From: an uncultured bacterium
GTDB lineage: Bacteria > Krumholzibacteriota > Krumholzibacteriia > Krumholzibacteriales > Krumholzibacteriaceae
Assembly: GCA_965371515.1 (NCBI GenBank)
Contig: CBDUYR010000075.1
Location: forward strand, 1-10,316
Direction of reading: 5' to 3'
Length of the DNA stretch: 10,316 nucleotides
The translations under genes were made by a program, and so were the position numbers. Numbering within the stretch: the stretch's first letter is position 1; each line of letters opens with the position of its first letter. The notes beneath the pieces are model-generated. The model saw only the letters and a list, made by a program, of their open reading frames with translations, made no database searches and was not told the origin of the DNA. This document shows, in pieces, positions 1 through 6,850 of this stretch.

Positions 1-1
1 G

Positions 2-88
2 TCGTCGGGGATCTACTTTGCAAAACTAAATATTGGTGATTCTGGGAACCGAAGGGAGATGACGAAGAAACTGATCCTTCTCAGGTAA
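2..88 (+). CDS. 3' end of a secreted protein with a T9SS type-A / FlgD-Ig-like C-terminal sorting domain (partial)
   Basis: Frame 2 reads SSGIYFAKLNIGDSGNRREMTKKLILLR* (TAA 86-88), matching the SGxYF...TKKxxLLR end typical of T9SS/FlgD-Ig C-terminal domains. Not in the ORF track because it is 5'-truncated. Confidence 0.75.
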   Translation, partial: SSGIYFAKLNIGDSGNRREMTKKLILLR

Positions 89-127
89 GATACGCGGGAT
101 CAATGAAACCGAGGGGGGTCGGTTTGG

Positions 128-165
128 AAGATGGTGGGCTGCGCTATAGCACAGCCCACCATCTT
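128..165. terminator. Near-perfect 38-bp palindrome between convergent genes; bidirectional terminator or REP-like element
   Basis: AAGATGGTGGGCTG (128-141) / CAGCCCACCATCTT (152-165) is a perfect 14-bp inverted repeat, and the inner GCTATAGC is itself palindromic. A second small hairpin AAACCGA/TCGGTTT lies at 106-125. Confidence 0.6.
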
Positions 166-172
166 GTATTAT

Positions 173-391
173 CTAAAGGATCTGCTCCTCATCCTTCTCC
201 CTGAAAAATACCATGGCGGCCGTTACGCACCAGACCGGCATCAATACCAGGGCAAGAGGGGAGAGCACTACGGTCAGTTCGAGAACTCCCATGATGAGGG
301 TCACATAGGCAAAGACCTTTATCAGCTCGTTCTTTCTCTCTTTTATCTGCAGGAGACGCAGGCCTAGGAATATCTCGATGACGCTGGCAGA
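173..391 (-). pseudogene. C-terminal remnant of a membrane protein gene, no start codon
   Basis: Minus-strand frame reads SASVIEIFLGLRLLQIKERKNELIKVFAYVTLIMGVLELTVVLSPLALVLMPVWCVTAAMVFFREKDEEQIL* (stop at 173-175): hydrophobic helices plus a charged tail. It is bounded upstream by an in-frame TGA (392-394) with no convincing start or RBS. Confidence 0.5.
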
Positions 392-506
392 TCACGGAGA
401 TAAAATCCGACTACGGAAATATGTTCAGGTGTAAGCCATTTATTTGGTATATTAGGTCGAGTAGAAAGGCGTGTTTTATTATAACCGTGCAATTGGTGAA
501 ATGGAC

Positions 507-779
507 ATGAAGATGAAAAATTATGCTGGAATAAGCGAGATACTCAAGGCACTATCGCACCCCGCAAGGGTCGAGATCATCGACAGGTTGGAAAAAAACG
601 GCTGCAATGTGTCGAAGATCCAGAAGAACATCGGATTGCCACAATCAACTATCTCTCAACACCTTAAAATACTCAGGAACGCCGGTATCATCAAGAGCCG
701 CAGGGAAGGGACAAAGGTCTGCTATGAGGTCGAGATCAAGGAAGTGCGCAGCATAATAAGGATGCTCGGAGATCTCTAG
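507..779 (+). CDS. ArsR/SmtB-family transcriptional regulator
   Basis: LKALSHPARVEII...LPQSTISQHLKILRNAGII..RREG...Y winged-helix signature. ATG 507 is preferred over GTG 471 because GGTGA lies at 495-499; ATG 501 or 513 are alternatives. Confidence 0.93.
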   Translation: MKMKNYAGISEILKALSHPARVEIIDRLEKNGCNVSKIQKNIGLPQSTISQHLKILRNAGIIKSRREGTKVCYEVEIKEVRSIIRMLGDL

Positions 780-807
780 AAGATGAAACCCCGCGTTTTT
801 TTAGGTG

Positions 808-837
808 TATCTATCTATATTACAATATAATTGAATA
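808..837 (+). promoter_or_regulatory. Putative operon promoter (-10 TATAAT) overlapped by a palindromic ArsR-type operator
   Basis: AT-rich island with TATATT-AC-AATATA palindrome (816-829) overlapping a perfect TATAAT (826-831), directly downstream of arsR and upstream of tusA. No good -35 is visible. Confidence 0.6.
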
Positions 838-990
838 ACCAGATGAAATAATGCTTTCAAAAGACCATGCGGTATGGTAGATTTTCTCCGTTATAACTCT
901 GCGTGACCCGGTTGATCCGCCCAATGGAGATCGTATTGGAGAAACCGGGAAGGTCTCGTATCCGGGGTAATCCCGGAGGAGGTAGTCTAG

Positions 991-1224
991 ATGGATTTCA
1001 ACGTCGACAAGACCGTTGACTGCAAGGGTCTGTCCTGCCCGATGCCTATCCTACGGCTCACTAAGGAGATTAAGAGCCTCGACAGCGGCCAGGTTCTTGA
1101 GCTTCTCGGCACCGATCCCGGCTCCAAGAGCGATATTCCAGGCTGGTGCGAGAAGACTGGAAACGAGTGCCTCGGCCAGGAAGAAGACGGCGGTGTCTTC
1201 AAGTTCTATATACGTAAAGCATGA
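991..1224 (+). CDS. tusA: TusA/SirA (YedF/YeeD-like) sulfur carrier protein
   Basis: VDCKGLSCPMP with CPxP motif, TDPGS..DIPGWC..TGN, 77 aa; strong RBS GGAGGAGGT at 975-983. Confidence 0.93.
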   Translation: MDFNVDKTVDCKGLSCPMPILRLTKEIKSLDSGQVLELLGTDPGSKSDIPGWCEKTGNECLGQEEDGGVFKFYIRKA

Positions 1225-1292
1225 TTCCATAGAATACGCGCTGATTTGAATGTTCGATCTGCCGTAGTTACGCTTAAAAGGAGCGGTATTCC

Positions 1293-2504
1293 ATGGAAAA
1301 TAACGACAAAAGCGCCCTTCGCCAGCTGTGGGACACATTCTTCAGCAAGAGCTGGCCGTTGTGGGTAGGCGGGATCCTGCTTGCCTTTCTCAATGTTCTT
1401 CTATTTCTGATCAGATCCCCCTGGGGTGGAAGCGGAACATATATGAGCTGGGGGGAGAACCTGTACCAGAAACTCGGATTAATCGGACTCCACGATATCA
1501 CACCAGTGATCCTTCATCCCTACGGACTACTCGGTACGTTAACGCTTCTCGGCGCCTTCGCCGGGGCTCTGATGGGACGCGATTTCGCGGTCAGGGTTCC
1601 CCCTGTGGGCGAGATGGTCAAGGGATTCATCGGCGGAGCGCTCATGGCACTGGGAGCGACGCTCGGCATCGGCTGTACGATCGGCGGATTCCTCAGCGGT
1701 TGGGCGGCCCTTTCCGGCGGCGCGATACTGCTGTCCGTAGGATTCCTGATCGGGACATATGTCGCACTGAAATATCTCTTCTGGGAGATGGAAAAATTTC
1801 CGCAGTTCAGTATGGGGAAGAGCTTCACATGGTTCGCGGCAAAGGGCTCTTCGGGTGTCTGGCAGCCGATTCTCGGTGTCATACTGACCCTGGTCATACT
1901 GATCGGTTTTTCTCTCCGATTCAGTGCCGATAACGTTTTCGCAATGTTCGCAGTAGTTGGCCTGGTTATCGGGATAATCCTTCAGAGGTCGCGTTTCTGC
2001 ATAGTCCGAGCTTTCCGTGAGCCGTTTATGACCGGTGAATCGGAAGCGCCTGTCGCCGTGATGGCTGCGCTCGCCGTAGGCATCATCGGTTTCACAGTGA
2101 TCAAATACATGGGAGTGGGCACCTCGACCCCGGGTGCGGCGAGGGCGCTTGCCATGACATGGGTATATCCCCATTTCTGGCTCAGAGCGCTTATCGGCGG
2201 CACGATCTTCGGGTTGGGAATGACGGTTGCCGGCGGGTGCGCCGTGGGAACGATCTGGAGGGCCGGCGAGGGACATGTCAAGCTCTGGTTCGCCGCTCTC
2301 GGGTTCCTGCTCACCTCCCCGATATCGAAGAAATTCATCGTACCGGCATTTTCAGAGATGCTGCCCGAATGGGCTAAGCAGAAGCTCTTCCTTCCCGACC
2401 ACCTGGGATACTGGGGCGCGCTGCTCGTCTTCTTCGTGCTGCTCGTGGCCTGGTACGCATTCGTCAAGTGGAACGAAAAGACCGGCAAATTCTCTGCCAT
2501 TTAG
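1293..2504 (+). CDS. yedE: YeeE/YedE-family sulfur (or selenium) compound inner-membrane transporter, YedE-type domain order
   Basis: 403-aa polytopic protein with three family Cys motifs: GIGCTIGG (C128), QRSRFC (C236), AGGCAVG..WRAGEG (C316); RBS AAGGAG upstream; adjacent to tusA. Confidence 0.9.
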   Translation: MENNDKSALRQLWDTFFSKSWPLWVGGILLAFLNVLLFLIRSPWGGSGTYMSWGENLYQKLGLIGLHDITPVILHPYGLLGTLTLLGAFAGALMGRDFAVRVPPVGEMVKGFIGGALMALGATLGIGCTIGGFLSGWAALSGGAILLSVGFLIGTYVALKYLFWEMEKFPQFSMGKSFTWFAAKGSSGVWQPILGVILTLVILIGFSLRFSADNVFAMFAVVGLVIGIILQRSRFCIVRAFREPFMTGESEAPVAVMAALAVGIIGFTVIKYMGVGTSTPGAARALAMTWVYPHFWLRALIGGTIFGLGMTVAGGCAVGTIWRAGEGHVKLWFAALGFLLTSPISKKFIVPAFSEMLPEWAKQKLFLPDHLGYWGALLVFFVLLVAWYAFVKWNEKTGKFSAI

Positions 2505-2519
2505 TGAGGAGTGTGTGAG

Positions 2520-3032
2520 ATGAAGCTGTTTACGCTGTTTACGATCGCCGCCCTCGCCATCGTCTTCTCCGGATGCGGAGGAGCAGGTATCGAAGGCAGG
2601 GGACCGAAGACTTACGAGAACGCCGGGCAGATCGTCTCGGAGGCGAAGGCCGGCGTTGACCGGATCGAGATAGACGCGTTCAAGGTGAAGATGGAAAGCG
2701 ACGATATGTTCGTCGTCATCGATGTCCGTGAGCCTGACGATTACTACGAGGACAGCATCCCGGGGTCGATCAACATCCCGCGCGGAATCCTCGAGTTCAA
2801 GATCGCCGACGAGAAGTACTGGGACAGCGAAGGGCTCTTTGCTCCCGGGAGGGATGAGGAGATCATTGTATATGGCCATAAGGTCGACCGAGGCGTTCTC
2901 GCGGCTGAGACTCTCGTGAAACTCGGCTATAAAAATGTGAAGCATCTCTACGGAGGGTGGATCGTGTGGACGGAGGGCCCTGAGGCTCTCGACGTAGAAG
3001 AGGTCGTTGAGGAAGGCGGATGCGGGGGTTAA
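2520..3032 (+). CDS. Rhodanese-domain lipoprotein lacking the active-loop Cys, with C-terminal GGCGG
   Basis: Start ATG 2520 after GAGGAG. Lipobox FSGC, rhodanese motifs IDVREPDDY..SIPGSINIPRGILE and LGYKNVKHLYGGW, active loop VYGHKVDRG, and C-terminus EEVVEEGGCGG*. Confidence 0.85.
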   Translation: MKLFTLFTIAALAIVFSGCGGAGIEGRGPKTYENAGQIVSEAKAGVDRIEIDAFKVKMESDDMFVVIDVREPDDYYEDSIPGSINIPRGILEFKIADEKYWDSEGLFAPGRDEEIIVYGHKVDRGVLAAETLVKLGYKNVKHLYGGWIVWTEGPEALDVEEVVEEGGCGG

Positions 3033-3206
3033 TTCGCATAGATAAGAAAAGGCATGTTTAATCAGTTGTAAGTAATTGTCCTAAAAGGAGGTAGAGCAAC
3101 TTCCATACGGGATTCAGGCCTCCCGGCGGTGGGGATGCAGGAGACACCCTGCCGGCGAACAGACCTGGTGCGTTGATTTGAATAAAATGTATTTCTGGAG
3201 GATAAG

Positions 3207-4175
3207 ATGAGTTCAAAGTACAGGTATATTCTGGTCCTGCTGGCCATAGCCGCGCTGTTTATCTCCGGCTGCAGCGAGGATTACACCTCTCCCGAGGATG
3301 GAACAAAGTCGGAGACATTGAGGAACTACCTTGTCGCCAACGACATGGACCTTCCCGATATGATCACCGACTGGCTCATTGGCGCCGACGTGGTGCACGG
3401 CAACGAGTCGACATATTATATAATCGATATCCGCGATGAGGGTGTTTACAACACGGGGCATGTACCCGGCGCCGTTAACACTACACTGGGCAACATTCTT
3501 GTCGAGGCGACCAATGCGGACGGCAAGCCGATCGTTGTTGTCTGCCTCACCGGTCAGGTCGCCGGCCACGCCGTGATAGCCCTCCGCCTAAGCGGATATT
3601 CCGACGCCATGGTGATGAAGTTCGGTATGAGCTCCTGGCACAGCGATTTCGACAGCTGGACAGCTAACACTGGTAACATCGCTTCCAGTCTTGAAAGCTG
3701 GATCGATCCTCCCGGCAATATCGCTGCCAGCACCGAGCATGACTATCCGTTGCTATCCGCCAGCGCGGCCGATGGTGCCGGTATCCTCGCCGAGCGCGTA
3801 TCCGCGATGCTCGCAGGCGGATTCAAGGGCATCAGTGCCTCCGACGTCCTTGCGGCGCCGTACGTATATTTTATCAACAACTACTGGGCCGCGAGCGATG
3901 TTACCACTTACGGGAACATCACAGGCGCCAGGAGGATCAATCCGATGGGTCTCGCAGACGGCTTTATCAAGTACAACGATTCCGGCGCTACCGTGGTCAC
4001 CTACTGCTGGACCGGCCAGACATCGTCGATGATAACCGCCTACCTGACGGTTCTCGGCTACAACGCCAAGAGCCTGAAGTACGGTGCAAACGCCATGATC
4101 TACGACGACCTGACGGCGCACAACTGGACAGGATCGTTCGATTACACGTATGAAGCGATTACGGCTCTTCAGTAG
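3207..4175 (+). CDS. Tandem two-domain rhodanese lipoprotein
   Basis: Lipobox ISGC, IIDIR...GHVPGAVN, and two Cys loops VVCLTGQVA (C113) and TYCWTGQTS (C267); RBS GGAGG at 3197-3201. Confidence 0.88.
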   Translation: MSSKYRYILVLLAIAALFISGCSEDYTSPEDGTKSETLRNYLVANDMDLPDMITDWLIGADVVHGNESTYYIIDIRDEGVYNTGHVPGAVNTTLGNILVEATNADGKPIVVVCLTGQVAGHAVIALRLSGYSDAMVMKFGMSSWHSDFDSWTANTGNIASSLESWIDPPGNIAASTEHDYPLLSASAADGAGILAERVSAMLAGGFKGISASDVLAAPYVYFINNYWAASDVTTYGNITGARRINPMGLADGFIKYNDSGATVVTYCWTGQTSSMITAYLTVLGYNAKSLKYGANAMIYDDLTAHNWTGSFDYTYEAITALQ

Positions 4176-4279
4176 AATTCGATCTGGTCCGGTATGAGCC
4201 GGACAAAGTAAATGGTCTTACCGGGAAAGAAGGAAACGGCAGGGAGCCGCTTCCCGACTCCCGCCCGAAAGGAGAACAA

Positions 4280-5320
4280 ATGAAGTTTCTTTCACTTCTC
4301 TTACTCGGAATCGCTCTTCTTATTCCCGTCTCTTCCAATGCCCAGGGGTGTATGGAAGGCGGGTCAGATGAGGGAGTGAACGTGATTGGCTTCATCCAGC
4401 CGCAGTTCGACTGGTTAGATATAAACGACTCAAATAACAGCGATGCAAGCTTTGCGTTCAACAGGGCGAGGCTGGGAGTCACCGGCAGCGTTCCCTATGA
4501 TTTCAGCTACTACTTCATGATGGAGTTCAGTCCGAGATTTGATGATGCTCCCTACATGCTCGACGGATTTATAACCTACACGAGATTCGGGGATCCGGCG
4601 AAGTTCACCTTCGGTCAGTTCAAGCAGCCGTTCAGTCTTGAACGTAACATGCCCTGTCACGCTCTTTACACGATCAACAGATCGATGGTCGTCGAGCAGC
4701 TCGCGATGGACAGGGACATGGGGTTCATGTTTTTCGGTGATTATAAAAAGAAGGTCAGCTACAACCTGGCCGTCATGAACGGAACGGGACTAGGCATGCC
4801 CGACGACAACAACGCCAAGGACTGGGTCGGAAGAGTCGTTGTGACTCCCATGACCGGTATCGATATTGGCGGAGGCTTTCGATACGGTACATCCGCACCG
4901 AGCGTAGTGGATGCAGAAGAGGATACACATACACGTGGCGGCCTTGATCTCACGGTCACATACAAAGAATTCAAATTCTTTGCCGAGTATATCTACGGCA
5001 AGGACGAGGGTTCCTATACCGAGGGTGGTGGCTGTGGGGGGCCCGGCGAGATCGTCGAGGGTTCGAAGAAACGTAACGGTATGTACGCCATGCTCATATG
5101 GTCCACCAAGTGGAATCTGGAGCCTGTGTACAAGTATGAGTTCTTCGAGGAGGACATGGATATAACGGATAACACAAGGCATGGTCATACATTCGGATTG
5201 AACTATTACCCGAACGACTGGACCAGGCTTCAGGTCAACTATCTGCGCTGCATCGAGGAATTCCGGCCTGCGCTGAGAAACGACAAGCTCCTGGTCCAGA
5301 TGCAGATCAAGATCATGTAG
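4280..5320 (+). CDS. Outer-membrane porin, OprO/OprP (phosphate-selective porin)-like
   Basis: Signal peptide (SNA|Q), F.FNRARLGV.G, GQFKQPFSLE, TINRS, GLNYY and RLQVNY beta-strand motifs, amphipathic terminal strand LLVQMQIKIM; RBS AAAGGAG. Confidence 0.85.
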   Translation: MKFLSLLLLGIALLIPVSSNAQGCMEGGSDEGVNVIGFIQPQFDWLDINDSNNSDASFAFNRARLGVTGSVPYDFSYYFMMEFSPRFDDAPYMLDGFITYTRFGDPAKFTFGQFKQPFSLERNMPCHALYTINRSMVVEQLAMDRDMGFMFFGDYKKKVSYNLAVMNGTGLGMPDDNNAKDWVGRVVVTPMTGIDIGGGFRYGTSAPSVVDAEEDTHTRGGLDLTVTYKEFKFFAEYIYGKDEGSYTEGGGCGGPGEIVEGSKKRNGMYAMLIWSTKWNLEPVYKYEFFEEDMDITDNTRHGHTFGLNYYPNDWTRLQVNYLRCIEEFRPALRNDKLLVQMQIKIM

Positions 5321-5338
5321 TTTTCTGGAGGAATGTAT

Positions 5339-6196
5339 ATGAAGAAGCACTTTATTCTTGCGGGGCTTATTATTGCGGCTCTGTTCGTGGGCCAGGTGGC
5401 CGAGGCTCAGGTAATCTCGGTAAAGGAACTTGCGGGATTGATGGATGCCGGCGATGTGATCGTCGTCTCGGCGAGAAAGACCGCAGATTACCAGAAGGTT
5501 CACCTTCCAGGCGCTGTGCATCTCTGGCATGAGGACTTCTACGTAGATGGTGACATCAAGGCCATGCTGAAGAGTCCCGATGAGATCGCGAAGATCCTCG
5601 GCGAGAAGGGGATCTGCGGCGAGAAGGCGATAGTGGTATACGACAACGGCAAGAACACATTCGCCGGCAGGATCTACTGGATCCTCAAGTACATGGGCTG
5701 CAGTGATGTCCGTATCCTCGACGGCCATATGAAGATGTGGCGCAAGGGCCGCAAGCCCGTGACCAAGGATCCGGTCGAGATCACCGCCGTCGAGTTCAAG
5801 GGAACGGTCAACACGGCCGCGATAACCACGATGGATCAGGTGATAGCAAAGAAGGGTGATCCAGGGACCGTTCTCGTCGACAACAGGGACAAGGAAGAGT
5901 TCGACGGCGAGAAGGGGATGATCGACCGCAAGGGGCACATCCCCTCTGCGATCAATTTCAATTACAAGGAGATCGTCAACGAAGACGGAACGATCAAGGA
6001 TAAGGCCGAGATCGAGAAGCTCTTCTCCGGTGCTGGAATCACAGCGGACAAGGAAGTGATACTCTACTGCGAGACAGGGATAAGGGCCGGGATCGTCTAC
6101 ATGGCGCTTACTTCAATGCTCGAGTATCCGAAAGTCAGCGTTTATGACGGCGCCTTGTTCGAATGGGTATCAGTCGCGGACAACGCGGTGGAATAA
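5339..6196 (+). CDS. Exported two-domain thiosulfate/3-mercaptopyruvate sulfurtransferase (SseA/RhdA-like)
   Basis: Signal peptide (AEA|Q), HLPGAV, inactive N-domain VVYD, GRIYWIL, LDG, GHIPSA, catalytic loop YCETGIRA (Cys codon 6068-6070), VYDGALFEW. ATG 5339 is preferred since GGAGGA (5327-5332) abuts ATG 5333. Confidence 0.92.
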   Translation: MKKHFILAGLIIAALFVGQVAEAQVISVKELAGLMDAGDVIVVSARKTADYQKVHLPGAVHLWHEDFYVDGDIKAMLKSPDEIAKILGEKGICGEKAIVVYDNGKNTFAGRIYWILKYMGCSDVRILDGHMKMWRKGRKPVTKDPVEITAVEFKGTVNTAAITTMDQVIAKKGDPGTVLVDNRDKEEFDGEKGMIDRKGHIPSAINFNYKEIVNEDGTIKDKAEIEKLFSGAGITADKEVILYCETGIRAGIVYMALTSMLEYPKVSVYDGALFEWVSVADNAVE

Positions 6197-6224
6197 TCTG
6201 TTGACCCTGAAAGGGGAACGTGAA

Positions 6225-6584
6225 ATGAGCAAGACAGCCATAACGATCAACGGCGCAGACGCCAAGAGCGTCTACCCGGCGATCATAATCGCGGTATCCT
6301 CCGCGGCGACGGGCGACGAAGTCGTCCTGTTCTTCTCGCCGTTCGGCGCACCGGTGATGGTGAAGGGCGCGTTCGAGAAGATGAACGAGGAGACCGAGCA
6401 TATGCCCGACCTCATTGAGATGATAGACGGGCTCAAGATGCTCGGCGCAAAATTTCTCGTATGTGAACTGGCGTTGGATTATCACGGAATCAAGGCAGAG
6501 GATTTTATAGAGGAAGCGGAAATCGTCGGCGCGACGACATTCGTCGGCGCTGTTCAGGGCGCCGAGCTGACGCTTTCTTTCTAG
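6225..6584 (+). CDS. DsrE/DsrF-like (DsrE2/DrsE-type) sulfur relay protein
   Basis: 119 aa from ATG 6225 (RBS AAGGGG): A..GDEVVLFF...GA, GAKFLVCELAL, IVGATTF...TLSF; single conserved Cys. Confidence 0.85.
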   Translation: MSKTAITINGADAKSVYPAIIIAVSSAATGDEVVLFFSPFGAPVMVKGAFEKMNEETEHMPDLIEMIDGLKMLGAKFLVCELALDYHGIKAEDFIEEAEIVGATTFVGAVQGAELTLSF

Positions 6585-6617
6585 GGTCCTGGAAACATCT
6601 ATCAAGGAGGATAGAAA

Positions 6618-6842
6618 ATGGCAACCGAGCAACTGGACGCTTTGGGACTTAAGTGCCCCCAGCCGATTCTCAAGGTCGTCGCTAAAATTCCGACGATGAC
6701 AGCGGGCGATATCCTCGAGGTTCTCGCAGATTGTCCTTCATTTCCGACGGATATGAAGGCCTGGTGCGAAAAGACCGGCAAGCCCCTTCTCATGCTCACG
6801 ACCGATGGAGAAGGCAAGCACACAGCTCAAATACAGGTATAA
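6618..6842 (+). CDS. tusA: Second TusA-family sulfur carrier protein
   Basis: LDALGLKCPQP, GDILEVLADCPSF..DMKAWC; RBS AAGGAGG. Confidence 0.9.
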   Translation: MATEQLDALGLKCPQPILKVVAKIPTMTAGDILEVLADCPSFPTDMKAWCEKTGKPLLMLTTDGEGKHTAQIQV

Positions 6843-6850
6843 ACGTCCAC

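Noticed and set aside
131..395. ORFs 131..367 (+) and 189..395 (-)
   Set aside because: The first starts inside the palindrome and is the antisense shadow of the membrane-protein remnant; the second has no protein-like composition.
4176..4279. Small hairpins between the tandem rhodanese and the porin (GTCCGGT/GCCGGAC 4187-4204)
   Set aside because: Short stems without a U tract; not distinguishable from chance or generic mRNA-stabilising stems.
4790..5938. 382-aa minus-strand ORF, and similar long antisense or alternate-frame ORFs (1328..1933, 1539..2276, 2352..2945, 7249..8265, 9497..10145)
   Set aside because: They overlap well-supported + strand genes, show no recognisable motifs, and are expected shadows of GC3-rich coding sequence.
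6144..6224. N-terminal extensions in the ORF track (DsrE from 6144; also ArsR from 471, rhodanese from 2511, sulfurtransferase from 5333)
   Set aside because: RBS position and domain boundaries favour starts at 6225, 507, 2520 and 5339.
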